64,000 nucleotides of DNA from Eledone cirrhosa (Eukaryota), in assembly GCA_964016885.1 (NCBI GenBank), contig OZ024741.1, forward strand, positions 117,924,001 to 117,988,000, in the 5' to 3' direction. Position numbers and translations under genes: made by a program. Below, piece by piece: positions 27,870 through 42,130 of this stretch; position 1 is the stretch's first letter, and the number at the start of each line of letters is the position of its first letter. Under the pieces are notes generated by a model. The model did no database searches and was not told where the DNA came from. It saw only the letters and a list, made by a program, of their open reading frames with translations.

Positions 27870-27965
<96 letters not shown>

Positions 27966-28071
27966 ATAATAATAAAATTGAAGACTAAAATCCAAAGAGG
28001 GCTCGATAAGGAAAATATATATCAAATATATAAGAACCGTAGAGCAAATATTTATTAAAATAACAGATTAA

Positions 28072-28122
28072 AGTTTAAGCAAAGAATCGCTGCTTTCACC
28101 CTTAACGGGATCTTCTGAAACT
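28072..28122 (-). ncRNA. Variant hammerhead (CAGAAGA core) in the 3' pLTR
   Basis: agttt-CAGAAGA-t ccc gttaa ggg t-GAAA gca gcgattctt tgC TT|aaact; identical copy at 31324-31374. Confidence 0.7.
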
Positions 28123-29040
28123 AACAAAGTCAATCTGTAAACGCAGAACTGGATATTTCAAAAAACGTTGCAACCGGAGGAAGACAGGAAGACGATACTT
28201 TGGTTCGTGGTAACGTTCGCTGGCAAAGAACGGGAAAAAACGAATAATACGTCATTAATAGGAGCGGTGAAAAACAATTACGCGCAAAGACAAAACCACG
28301 TTTATGGTATAAAAGAGGTCGTAGACTAATGTTCTCTTAGGTGGTGCATAGAGACGTTCTCTGGCAATGAGCGAAAAAACGAAGATAATAAGTCATATGT
28401 GGAGCGTGGAGAACAATAGCACGCAAAGACAAAACCACGTAAATGGTATAGCAGAAATCGTAGACTAAAATTCTAACTAGGAGACCAAATGAATCTCCGC
28501 TACAGAGTTAAGAACAAAGTAAATAAATACAATACAGAAGTAATAGAAACATACACGCAAACAGATACGTACATACACAAGCATACGCAAAACCTTACCA
28601 TGGGTATACAAAACCACGCACATATAAATATGTGTGTGTGTGTATGCTTGTGTACAAATAAATAAATAATTATATAAACGTATATAAGTAAATAAATACG
28701 TATATAACAAGCGCACACGCATACCTACATATAAATACACGAATGTTCGGAGACGTAAGTCAACTAAAACAAGAAGTACACATATACACACACCCACTAT
28801 ACGTACGAACCTGCACACTCACGCGGACGCAAAACTCCCGTATACACATAGCCAAACCCTAAACACCAGAATATGTAAAAATTATACGCTATAACAGTCA
28901 AATATACGTAGGAGAAGGTATACATACCTTCACAAAACATACGGGTAATATATACTTACCTATGCAAATAAGTAAAGGAATAAACAAAACATATACTTAG
29001 CTCCCACATCAAGACGTAAAATATCCACGTATAGATCGTG

Positions 29041-31170
29041 CTATCCGTTAGGGTATAACGTGGGGCTGTAATACAGGAAAGTTTTGTGCAATTTATGTTT
29101 ACAAGCCGAAATTGCCTCTGATTTTTTGTTTAAGGTGTGGTCTGTAGCGTAGAGTATTTCCAGGGCCTCAGCGGCGCAGAGGTCACATGGTCTTTTATTT
29201 CCGTTATACGATCTAGCCCTAGCTAGGATCTCCCAGTGTAACTTATATTGGGTGTGGTTGTCTTTTAGACTCCAGATATAAGCTGAAAGTGACGTCATAT
29301 TCCTTCTTAGAGGGTAACGAAAAGAATGGGTATGCATGTAAAGACGCTGCTTGAAACTATTGGCGGTTAACCCTATGTAGGCCCTACGGGACGTGGGTGT
29401 TACAACCTTACATTTGTAGACAATGTTACTAGAGAGGCATTTCCCGGATAGGGGGCAATCAGCCAGATTCCTACAATTACAGTTAGTACTAACTACAGGG
29501 TTGCACGTGTTCCTACGGCTAGGTAGTTTAGCTAAATTTGAAGCTGTGATGTTATGTGCAAGGTTAGGAGTCGTAGAGTAAGAAATTTTAATAGTATTTC
29601 TATTAAAGATATTACTATATTTATGTGTAAGGGGAAAATGCTTCGTAATAAGGGAAAGAAAGATCTTAGCTAATGGTGTGGCCACCTCCATATTATATGG
29701 TGGGTTAAACCAACAAATGCGACGGGATCTATTTCTTCTAGGTCTATTTTCGTACTCTGTATATGCTACCTTATCGACAAATCCACTTCGAGCTAGAGCT
29801 TCATTGTAATAAGTGGAATGGTCGTTGAAAATGCGCTCGTTGGTGGAAAGACGGGAAAGCCTCAACGAAACGTTTCTTACCAGGTTCTTGGTTATGCTGG
29901 CAGGATGGCTGGAATGCTTACTTATGTAATTAAGCGTATCATTCGGCTTTCTATACGGGTAATACAACCCATTCAATAAATTGAGGGTAACGTCGAGGTA
30001 ATTAACGACCGAGAGATTGGCCTCAACCTGTATAGAGAGGTTGAAGCCTTTAAAGAAGGCTGTGAGTTCTTTTCTGAACCTGTCGCAAGCACGAAGTCCG
30101 CACTTAGTCATGGTCAAAAGACCATCGTCACGGTACAAACCACCGCCCGCGTTGGGGAATTCGTCCTTGATAGAGAAAAGAAGGAAAAGGCCAATAAGAT
30201 CAGTAACCTCCGCAGAGTCACTGGCGCCCATACTCACGTCGAATGGGGTACTATTGGATATTTTAATCCAAATAGAGTCGTCGAAATTAATCACCGACTT
30301 TCGGACATTAAGGATGACATCAACTTCAAAATCCTTAACCACTGTGAGTGTTTTAGCGAAATTGATAGCTCTAAGGAGAAGTGGTAAAGTGATGGAGGAG
30401 TAGTAATTGTTGATGTCGAATTGGATAAAACGGCAATGTTCCTTGTTACATATGCCGTTGAACCAATCAATCACCGCGAAAGAATTGTTCCACAGTGCGA
30501 GAGCGGCCAAACTTCTAATTTCAGGTATAATTCTATCAAGAATCGTTTTACTAAGTCTACCTAAATCGGACTTCGTAGGGTTAATAAGCCGAATAGAGGG
30601 GTTGTTCGGAAAATTGGATTTGTGATCCTTCAGGGTAAAGTGGGGAGAGATAGGGTCCAGAGGTTCGGTTCGGTCCAGGATGTTGAGATCAGATGTGATT
30701 TTAAACCCAGCATCGTTGATTTCATTGATGACTCACCGATTAGTTTTACGGTAATCCTTAGTTACAGCATTATGTAGTAGTTGATGGTAAGTACTGCGCT
30801 CCACTTGATATAGGTTGCCAGTTTTGTCGGAATGGACGTGCACGGCGTTAGAATCCTTAATAGAACGAATTCTATTCTTCAGGTCTTGCTGGAAGGAATT
30901 GCTCCTATTCCGAAATTTGATATTCCGAATGAGTTCCAAGACATCATTTTCGAAGGGTAGCAATGCTGGGTTCCACGGAGGGTTATTATAAGTTTTAAAT
31001 CCAAATTTATCCTGTTTGTTGTCTGCTTTTCGCGGATTATCGAAATAAAAGGCACGCCAACGCAACCTTTTAATGAACGCGTCTGTTTTCTGTATCAGGA
31101 GTTTAAGGTATGTTTTCCTGCTTGGTACGGGTATGTTCTTTGTAGAAATATTCAGATGTTGTTTCTGCAT
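29041..31170 (-). CDS. PLE RT plus GIY-YIG endonuclease, 709 codons with one in-frame TGA (30733-30735)
   Basis: ORFs 30733..31170 and 29041..30510 share a frame and the intervening 74 codons are open (FTLKDHKSNFPNNPSIRLINPTKS). Motifs DKT, QFDINNYYSSI, MGAS, YRDD, CxCx5Cx5C linker, IVY..YIG, CxxC..CxH. Confidence 0.9.
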
Positions 31171-31189
31171 GATGAATATAAGTCAGTAG

Positions 31190-31208
31190 AGTGCTCAACC
31201 GAAGGAGC
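31190..31208 (-). promoter_or_regulatory. Bulged hairpin GCTC-cTTCGg-TT-GAGC-ACT in the PLE 5' leader
   Basis: Lies about 4 nt past the pLTR and 19 nt before the ATG; the motif recurs with covariation in many families. Confidence 0.6.
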
Positions 31209-32399
31209 CAAATAGTAATAATAATAAAATTGAAGACTAAAATCCAAAGAGGGCTCAATAAGGAAAATATATATCAAATATATAAGAACCGTAGAGCAAA
31301 TATTTATTAAAATAACAGATTAAAGTTTAAGCAAAGAATCGCTGCTTTCACCCTTAACGGGATCTTCTGAAACTAACAAAGTCAATCTGTAAACGCAGAA
31401 CTGGATATTTCAAAAAACGTTGCAACCGGAGGAAGACAGGAAGACGATATTTTGGTTCGTGGTAACGTTCGCTGGCAAAGAACGGGAAAAAACGAATAAT
31501 ACGTCATTAATAGGAGCGGTGAAAAACAATTACGCGCAAAGACAAAACCACGTTTATGGTATAAAAGAGGTCGTAGACTAATGTTCTCTAAGTGGTGCAT
31601 AGAGACGTTCTCTGGCAATGAGCGAAAAAACGAAGATAATAAGTCATATGTGGAGCGTAGAGAACAATAGCACGCAAAGACAAAACCACGTAAATGGTAT
31701 AGCAGAAATCGTAGACTAAAATTCTAACTACAGAGTTAAGAACAAAGTAAATAAATACAATACAGAAGTAATAGAAACATACACGCAAACAGATACGTAC
31801 ATACACAAGCATACGCAAAACCTTACCATGGGTATACAAAACCACGCACATATAAATATGTGTGTGTGTGTATGCTTGTGTACAAATAAATAAATAATTA
31901 ATCAAAAGATGGTTAAAAGAGTTTCAAGTATTTGAACCATCTTTTGATCTTATATTATTTTTATACTCCAGTCCTATAAACCGTGGAGTGCTGCTTATCC
32001 GATATTTGCATTGCTTATTGTGCTACAATAAGACTCACCTCCTACACACACACATACACACACACTGGTGTGTATACATTCACAGCTACACACACACCAA
32101 TTATATATATATATACATACACTTTATGTACTCGTGTATAAGTCGTACCTCCATTTTTACATACAAACTTACAATATACCATATATTTTGAATTGTGGTT
32201 TTGTAGGTCCGGAAAAGGTGCGACATGTACAGGAACATATGCTATATATATGCTCATTGATATATGCGTGCAAATTACACTTATGTCCACGCCGCTTCAC
32301 ACACATACACACACATACACACATATCTCTATATATGTGAACAATTTATTGTAAACATCCTTGATTTCATAAAGATGACTAATTCAAGATACTTTCCTT

Positions 32400-32696
32400 C
32401 TAACTACCATCGCCTCACCATCACTACTATCATCTTAATATCACCACAACAATAACAACCACCAATAGCACCACAACCATCGCCTTACCACCACTGCCAT
32501 CGCCTTACCACCACTGCCATCACCTTACTACCACAACCATCGCCTTACCACTACTACTATCACCTCACCACCAATACCATCATCATGTCCACCACTACTA
32601 TCGCCTCACCATAATAACTACCATCACCACCACTACCATTATCATTATCACTATTACTGTTATCTCGCCACCATCACTACCATCATCATCACTACC

Positions 32697-32763
<67 letters not shown>

Positions 32764-32970
32764 TATTCTGCTAACATCACAAGTTCCAACACCATCACAA
32801 CCACTACTGATATGTTCTATCACTGTCAAAATTACTACTACTACTACTAGATCTACTATTACTAATAATAATACCATCACTGCTACTACTACTTCCACCA
32901 CTACAGCTACTACCACCACCGTCACCTCTACTGCTACTACTATTACCACCATCACTAGTACTATTACTAG
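32400..32970. repeat. (CAC/TAC/CAT)n low-complexity tract
   Basis: Trinucleotide repeats. Confidence 0.9.
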
Positions 32971-34773
32971 AATTTTAATGAAGGAGAAATAGACAAAATA
33001 TTAAGATTGTCATGTGGTATATCGTTGTTTAGCCCCCGGTCAGTCATGATCGAGCAAAACAAGAATCAAAAGCACTGCAACCTTGATTATCTCCCCCCCC
33101 CCCCCCCCATTTTTTATTCAAATACAGTGCATCTAGGACTATTTTATCCAATGTGCCTTTATTATTATTTTTTTTTTGGGGGGGGGGGACACACACACAC
33201 ACAAAAACTGCAAGGTACGATTTCAATGAGATTTTTGTTGCTATTTCTAGCAATCCTTGCGACCGCGTAATAACTTCTGCATCCGTCGCTTCGACGAGTA
33301 GTATAATATAGTGAGTGATGTTGTGACTTGGAGCTTGTTTCCTATATATTCATCATGTTTGCAAGATGTCAGTATAGTTCTCGTTGCTTGTTCAAATATA
33401 TTCGTTTTATAGGCGATATAGCGATAGTTATTTATCCTCTGTCTCGTCTAGCATACTCTGCAATAATGTGGGTAGCTACATTGTCATACAACTTCTGCTT
33501 GTATTTTCTTTTCTTTTTTGTCTGATCTGAGATTTTTGCCTGTGGTTCTTACTGGCTTTCAACAAACGAAGCTCACCACCACTGCACGCCGATGAAAACG
33601 ATAATAGTAACAAAAAAAAAGAACAACAATAACACAAAAAACATGACAATTCTGCAGTTTCTTTCTTTTTCTTCTGCTGCCTCCTGACTGCAGTCAGCTG
33701 CTGTACGTTTTCTTCTTTCCTTGTTAAAAGGAACGGTCGATATTTTACTAAACTTTCAGTCTTTCATCCCTTTTTCGTATCTCTGGGAACCAAGTTGTTG
33801 TTTAGCCTCAGGTCAACCTAGATCAAGCAAGGCCTTGTGATCCAGTCGTAGCCATCTCGTATTTTTAAGGATATCTAGAATTATATTTAAAGCAAACAAA
33901 ATCATATACTGTAATCCTTCTATATCGAAGTGAAATTAAAATCTGATGAAAATGACAGTCGTATCCAACGTGTGATAAATAGACCGAATAAATATTATTT
34001 ATATATTTATTCTGTAAATTAGTTTTATATTTGCACTTAACTACATATTTGTCACTTTTGTTTGATTTTGTTCATTCCCTTCTTTAATTACACTCGCTTA
34101 ATCGGATCGGTTGGTTTGATTTTTCACATCAATACTTAATACATCTGTTCCTCTTCCTTTGTTTTGGATTATAGTGTATGATTTAAGGGAGATTTAGCTG
34201 CTGTTTTTAGCAGTTCGAGCTTGGCCTACTTACAAACCCCCTCGCTGGCTCCAAGTAGTCGGCACTTCTTTAATTACAATCGTTTAATCAAGATATCCAG
34301 TACATTGGATCAGCTGGTTTTATTTTTTTCATCAATATAGAATTTTGCCACATTTTATACATATGTTATCCTTTCCTTGGTAGGATTTGATTTGAGGGAG
34401 TTTCTAGCGGTTTCATTTTAGATTACGTATAAACTCCGCCTGCTGGCTCCAGGTAGTCTGGCAAGCTACTGTTTCGTCTGTGGCTGCTATCTTTCACAAT
34501 CAACATGACTCTTTAAACATTTTCCTAACAGGAACAACATATCACCATTTTACATAAGAACTTTTTTTACTAAGTTGTTCCAAAGAACAGATTTATATAA
34601 CTGAAAATTAACCAAATGACACGTTTTATTAAATTCTTCCATATTCTTCATTATTTTTAAAATTTATTCATAGAAATAATGTATGTACACACACACACGT
34701 GTGTGTGTACATGTATATATATATCTGCATGTATGTGTGTATATATACACACATATGCATGTATTTGTGTGCG

Positions 34774-35165
<392 letters not shown>

Positions 35166-35554
35166 AGGCCAGCCATTTGGGTGAAGGAGAAAGTCGATTA
35201 TATTGACCCTGGAAAGGATGAGAGGCAAAGTTGATTTTAGCAGGTTTTGAACTTAGAACATAGAAAGTCGTAACTATATGCCACTCTACTGATACTGTCA
35301 ATCTGCTGCTCTGTGTGTGTATACAATGCACACTGATATACAAGAACATGCTCGAATTCATCACCACATACAAAACCAAATGTCAATGCCAAATATACTA
35401 TCTATAAGATAGTGTATTTGTCTATATATATGTGTGTGTATGTATGTGTACAACATGTATGCATGTATCAAATTTCAAATGTTCTTGGTTAAAAACAGAG
35501 AAGACCAAGTATAAAGTAGTACTCAATGCATGTTGATATATAATATACATATGA

Positions 35555-35810
35555 TGGTGATGATCTAACTCTCATAGCCGAATCTATGGCAGAGTTAGAG
35601 AAGAAATTCCAGTCCTGAAAGCATAGCTTGGAATCAAAAGTCTGAAAGCTAACTTGGCAAAAACTAAAGTCCTAGTAAGTAGAAAGGAAAATAGGACTAT
35701 GATCCCTTTAGGAAAATGGCCTTGCTCAGTGTGCAGGAAAGGAGTGGATAGAAATTCCATCTGATGTTCCAAATGCAAACTATGGATACACAAGAAATGT
35801 AGAGGGATCC
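35555..35810 (+). pseudogene. RTE-like LINE fragment (RT end plus Cys-rich motif)
   Basis: DDLTLIAES..LKANLAKTKVLVS..WPCSVCRKGVDRNSI*CSKCKLWIHKKC. Confidence 0.7.
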
Positions 35811-37814
35811 CAAGCAACCACCTGTTACATGGTTGTACTGGTAACATAACAGGAGGCGGCTTCTAATCCACTGTAATATTGTTGCGCTGATAACATGACA
35901 AGAGGCTCCCAGTCCACCCCGTATAGCAGGTGTGCTGGTGACAGTAGAAAAAAAGCACCCAATCCACTCTGTAATGGGAATGTAGTGGTGCTGATTATGA
36001 ATGTACAACCAAAAGATGTTAGTTATATTCACCAGTTGGCATTAAAAACTAGATACATTTCAATATGTACTGTCTATATTGTTCAAAAATTTCAATTCAC
36101 TGATCTTATTGGAGTTGTCTGGAATCTAAAAGATCTTTAGAGAGAGTTTTTATCTAATAATTGCTTCAATTAGTTCAGTTGATAGCAGATGTTCAACTAT
36201 ATTACATATGAGAGACCCTACTATAATTTTATATATGAGTGTGGGGCGGGGGCTGCTTATTAGGATCACTTTTGGTTGAAGCCTTATTGATAACAATAAC
36301 TAGGTGATAACATTAAGCAAATATAATGTTTTATACCCAGTAATCTTGATAACAGTTAATGGATACAAGCTAGTTAATAGTGCGTGTTTGTATATGCGTG
36401 CCTATATGTGAGTGTGTGTGTGTGTGTACTATGAATGAAAAAATGGTATTGTTAATATGAATGAACAATGCAGTACAGATGAACTGAGTTATGAACTAAG
36501 CACACTTCATTTGCTCTACCCTGCTACATGTGGACACAACATGGCCAAATAGTTAGGAAGTTCGCTTCTTAATCATTGGGCTCTGTGTTTGATCCTACTG
36601 CATGGCGTCTTGAGCAAGTGGCATTTACCGTAGCCAAATTGAAAACACAGAATATGATTGGAAGACTGTCATATGGACTGAACTTGTAAATCAAAGGGCC
36701 AGTCATGTCACTCACATGATGTATCATGCTGAATCTCCCTGAGAATTACATTAAGGGTAGATGTGTCTGTAGAATGCTCAGCCACTTACTCATTAATTTC
36801 ATGAGCAGGCTGTTCTATTAATCAAACAATTGGAGCACTCATTGTTGAAATCTATGGACAACCATTCCAAAACTGGGTATAAGGGAAATGAACAATAGTG
36901 TGGGAGAAGGCATTATATATATATATATGGCCTGCCAGCCCAGCCAGTGGGATGGCGTTATCTTATGGCTAAAACAGATTGGCGCCCGACAGACTGGTCG
37001 GTCAAGGTGATCAAGGTGATATATATATATACATACACATACACACACACACACACATATATATTGGTTAGAGTATTCGTAAGGCCGGGAGTTTGATTCC
37101 TGGCAGTGTGTTGTGTCCTTGAGCAAGACACTTTATTTCACCACATTGCTCCAGTCCACTTAGCTGGAACAAAATGAGTTGTAGCTGAAATTCAAAGGGC
37201 CAGCCTTGTCACATTCTGTCATGCTGAATCTCCGTGAGAACTATGTTAAGGGTACGCATGTCTGTGGAATGCTCAGCCACTTGCACGTTAATTTCATGAG
37301 CAGGCTGTTCCATTAATCATATCAAGTAGAATGCCCCTCGTTGTAACCAATGGAGTACCAGTTATATATATATATCAGCCTCAAGCACCCAGTACTCACT
37401 GTAAATGAGGCTGGTGTTAGGAAGGGCATCCAGTTATAGAAATCAAGCCAAAATCAGTTCCCGCATGAGCAAGACATGGTTACCCAACCTGGCATTACCC
37501 ACAACAGGACAACCCATCTAACCCATGCTAGCATGGAAGAATGGACGTAAAACGGTGATGATGATGATGATATATTTAATATAGAAATGGCTTCTACAGG
37601 ACTAGAACTGTTTCGTCTGAAGGAAAGCATCAGGAAAGATTTTCCTGTAGAAGCCATTTCTATATTAAATGTTTATACTCTGTTATGTATTGAGTACCTT
37701 ACTGTGGTTACTCCTGACAGATGTCAACACGAATGGACCTGCTATTTTTATCTAAATACATTTTTTCCAATTCCACCCAGCCCGTCCCCTCAATCTATCT
37801 TATTTCTCATTCTT

Positions 37815-37850
37815 TCTTCTGATGAAGGACTAGCGTCTGAAACGTTAAGA
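37815..37850 (+). ncRNA. Minimal hammerhead ribozyme
   Basis: tctt-CTGATGA-a ggac tagc gtct-GAAAC GTT|aaga; palindromic AACGTT stem III (dimer type). Confidence 0.7.
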
Positions 37851-37983
37851 CCCTCTTCCTGCTATATCAAACGTTAACCTAATATATCCCTTCCATATAC
37901 TGTACCGATTGTGTTGTTATTTCTGTTTCCCTTTTACATATATATATATAGAGAGAGAGAGATATATATACATATATAGATAT

Positions 37984-38267
37984 ACAATAGCACCTCGGTT
38001 CATGAATGCCTTTCATTACAAACAATTTTTCTGAACATAAAACATCTTAGTTCACGAACGGAGACTCAATTAACAAACACCCAAGCTGGAGTATAAGTGG
38101 GAAAGCGTCACTTATTGTGTTGTTAGTTACTATGGTCACATCTCTCTGTCTTTCACACACATTCTCTCTCTCAACATTTCGTATGGGAAAATAGTTTTGG
38201 TTTGCAAACATTTCGGTTAATGAACCGCCTTCAGGAACAAATTAATTTTGTGAACCGAGGTTCCTGT
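37984..38267. mobile_element. Tigger/pogo-like MITE
   Basis: Imperfect TIRs caatagcacctcggttcatgaa and ttgtgaaccgaggttcctg. Confidence 0.55.
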
Positions 38268-38268
38268 G

Positions 38269-38308
<40 letters not shown>

Positions 38309-39352
38309 ATACTGATTTTGCCTGTAAAAAATCAATGTTTTCATATATACATGTTTATCACATTTATACATACTTCTTTATCACAGGTCAAACAATTGAT
38401 TGAGTTAATTGCTACAGTGCATGATATAATGGTATGATTATTTGTGTGTGTGTGTTTGTGTGTTTCTCTGTGTGGATATGTGTGTGTGTGTATGTGTGTA
38501 TTTCTGTATGTGTGTATATGGGTGTTTGTATTTGTGTGAAAGTGCATGGCTTATTGGTTAAAGAATTGTATTCACAATCGTGAGGTTGTAAGTTCAATTC
38601 CCAGACCGGGTAATGCATTATATCCTTAAGCAAGATACTTTATTTATGCCAGGATTTGTGACTAGCAGATAGTATTAGCAATGGAAAAACCAATGAGAAC
38701 ATTGTTTCCTTGGTCTGAGGTGAATGAGGTCTAGGATTTTGTCGATTAATTAGTGTGTGTGTATTTGTGTGTTTGTGAGGGCATATATTTGTATTATTGC
38801 GGTATATAGAGATAGATGGTTGGTAGAGTTAATGAAACTCATTTTGTTAATGCCAAACTTTTTTCTTTTTATTGTTTTAGTAAGAAATAGAAGAGCAGTG
38901 CCCACGATCCCTTTTTAGGGTGTCCTAGACTGGCGGGGGTGAAGGAAAGAGGAAGGTATCTTGAATTTTGAAACATGGGCCAAATGTTTGCAATTGAGGG
39001 AACTCTGCTAAAGGCGCCCAAGGACCAGATGCTGGTGTTAAACTGGTATGACAGAATAAGTCTACCACTAAAGTTAGTTACAGTGGGATGTATGTATGTA
39101 TGTATGTATGTATGTGTTGTACTCCAGTGGAATTTTGTGTCCTAAACTAGGAGGATACTGGCTGTTTCAATTGATGAAATTGTGAGTACTTTAATGTTTT
39201 CATATGTTAATCTGTCAATACAATAATTACACTCTTTTCATAGCTTAGGCTTCTGGCTGGGACTATTGTCTTACAATTAATCCTATGCATGTGCTCCAAA
39301 TGAATTTGTTGATCATATTGTAAAAAACGAGATTGAAATCATCGGATATCGA

Positions 39353-39424
<72 letters not shown>

Positions 39425-39605
39425 ACGAACATGAGAATGAGTATTGACACTGAAGTAAAGATTAAATATTGTTTATTATGAGTCTTTCTATTCTGGAGTT
39501 TCACCTGTGTACTCAGGATCATCATGACAGATCTTGTGAGTACACAGGTGAAACTCCAGAGAAACAAGACACATCACTTAGCCATAATAAAGAATATATA
39601 TATGG

Positions 39606-39661
<56 letters not shown>

Positions 39662-39899
39662 CACTCTATATAAACTGTATCTTTTTCCACAAAAATATGT
39701 GAAAACTTATCAACTGGACCCACAAAGCCTCAATTCAAAATATATGGTTTATTATAAATGTTATATGTAAAATAGAGGTATATCTACCAGCATGATATAT
39801 TCATCGGTGTGACTTATCTACTGGTATAACTTACATGTAAGCAGATATGGTCATTGTTGATTGGATGAACTAAATGTTTTTTATATTTCATGACTTAAC

Positions 39900-40402
39900 C
39901 AGAGAAGAAAAAACAGTAACCACAACTCTTTTCAAGGTTTCCATGATTGATGGGAAGAAAAGAAGCATTCATGGCTCTTTTTAGGGTTTCTAAGACTGAT
40001 GAGGGAAGAGCAGTGACAACAACCCATTTCAAGGCCTCAAAGATTGATGGTAGGAAGGACAATACCCATGACCCTTTTCAGGGCTCCCATAATTGGTGGG
40101 AGGAAGAGCACTAATCATACTCCTTTTCATGTCCTCTAAGACTGGTGGGAGGATGGGTAATACCCACGACTTTTTTCAGGGCCGCCATGACTGGTGAGAT
40201 GATAGGCAATGCCCACGACCCTTTTCAGGGCCTTCGAGAATAATGGGAGGAAGAATAGCAACCATGATCTTTTCAGGGCCTCTAAAACTGGTGGGATGAT
40301 GGGAAATACCCATGACCTTTGTGGAAGGAAGAGTATTAACCATACCTTTTTTCAAGGCCTCTGAAACTAGTCGGAGGAAGGACACTAACTATACCCCTTT
40401 TC
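39900..40402. repeat. Diverged tandem repeat, unit about 59 bp
   Basis: Recurrent cccacgacccttttcagggcctctaagactggtgggaggaag; related dispersed copies near 38890, 41190 (-) and 63290. Confidence 0.75.
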
Positions 40403-40470
40403 AATCTATTTCAATTAATTGGTGAAAAAGTTTGAAGGAGTTACTAAAATTATTTGTGTTTTATATAAAA

Positions 40471-41121
40471 CTAGCAGTGGTACCCGGCGTTGCATGGGAT
40501 AAGGTATTTTGGAACGCGGGCCGCCAACAGACCTAATCGTGGAAAAACTGCATGCCTGGACAATATGTAAAGAAAATAAACCGAATACTCCGATGGCTGG
40601 ATAATCTTTAAGATTTTCCTCAATGAAGCAGGAAAAATGCAGGTTTTCACCTAATGTGGGCCCTAGGGGATCAAGAAAATGAATTTTTTTAATGTGCATA
40701 ATATGCCTTGAAATTTCGGGAAATCAGCTAGACGTAACACCTCCAAAAAGCCCTAAAGAGCTGAAAAAATGAAGTTTTTCACCTAATAAAAAAAGTTGTA
40801 TTTTCTTTGCTCACAGTATGAAGAAGAGACTGACTAATACATAGTTACAATTTCAAGGAAATCGGTCTGACGTAACGCCTCAAAAAACCCCTAAAAAGCT
40901 TTAAAAAACGCAGTTTTTCATCTAATGCGGGCCCTAGATCAAAAAGTTTAATTTTTTTATGTGCATAACACTCCCTGAAACATAATACACATGTAAAGTT
41001 TGAAAAAAATCGGTTGGGTACTTCTCGAGTTTTAGGGATTCAAACTCACAGACCCCCCCCCCTCTCTCTCTCTCACACACACAGAGACAGACATCCTCAG
41101 GGAAGTGAAGTAATGACGTAA
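40471..41121 (-). mobile_element. Truncated Helitron-like copy
   Basis: High identity to 25119-25773. Confidence 0.8.
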
Positions 41122-41849
41122 TGCTAGTAGCAAAAGGGTTATAACACTTATTGTGTTACATTGTATAACATTTATTGTGTCATGTCCTCCGACTATACCT
41201 GGAGACCCCGAAAAGGGCTATGGTTCTCCTACCAGTCTTGGAGGCCTTAAAAAGGGTTGTGACTCCCCTCTTTCCTTATTCTATTTTCCCTGTGTATGCA
41301 GTATCCGTCATTGGTTTCATAATGGTACACTGTGTTTAGCTAGCAGCAGCATCCTTAGATATGGATGGGTATACCCATTCTCACCTGACTCACCTTTGGC
41401 TCTGAGATATTTTTCAGCCACACTTCAAGAACTGCTTATTGTGGCAGGCTAAATTTAGTAAGGGACCAGATGCATTTCTAAAACCCATTGAAATGCCATA
41501 ATGGATTCACAAGCAAACATCTAAAGTGGCACCCCAATGACTGGCTGCATCAGTTACAGAGACTTGATTGATAGTGTTTAATATAATCAGAGAAGTTCCA
41601 GCCATGACCATCCTGTCTTTTCCCTATATATACATGTCTTATCATAATTATCACTGTCCATTTTTCCATGCTAGCATGGGTTAGATGAGTTGTCCCGTTC
41701 TTAGACAAGTCAGATCAGGTGACTGTGTCTTGCTCATACATAGCTGTTTCTGGCCTGGCTTCTATGGCTAGATGCCCTTCCTAACACCAACCACATTTAC
41801 AGAGTGGTCTGGGTGTTTTTTATCATAGCACCAAAACAATTAACTCACA

Positions 41850-42130
41850 GGTTAGACTGGGTACTTTGTCATCATGTCATCAGCACAACCACCTTACAGG
41901 GTGGACCGAGTGCTTCTTGTATCAACAACACGACCACTTTACAGGATGGGCCGGGTGCTTTTTGTTGTATCACTAACATGACCACTTCAGAGGGTTGACT
42001 GGGTGCTTTTTGTCATGTCACTAACACGACCACTTCAGAGAGTTGATTGGGGTGCTATTCGTCATGTCACTAACATGACCACTTTAGAGGGTTGACTGCG
42101 TGCTTTTTGTTATGTCACCAACATGATCAT
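41850..42130. repeat. Tandem repeat, unit about 39 bp
   Basis: Repeating gggtgctttttgtcatgtcactaacacgaccactt. Confidence 0.8.

Larger units (their letters stand above)
27961..31900 (-). mobile_element. Near full-length Penelope-like element (Hydra-clade-like) with direct pseudo-LTRs
   Basis: pLTRs at 27961-28672 and 31213-31900 differ by a few substitutions and one 23-nt indel; the 3' end is fused to (TA)n. Confidence 0.95.

Noticed and set aside
27961-31900. LTR retrotransposon
   Set aside because: No gag, protease or integrase, no TG..CA ends or PBS; RT plus GIY-YIG and a partial tandem structure indicate a PLE.
39490-39565. Possible hammerheads in the palindrome here and at 56975-57052
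   Set aside because: Core or stem III is degenerate (ATGATGA; unpaired stem III); probably decayed PLE ends, so not called as ribozymes.
41850-42130. CRISPR-like array (also 39900-40400 and 54725-55085)
   Set aside because: No unique spacers, eukaryotic context, no cas genes; these are tandem repeats.
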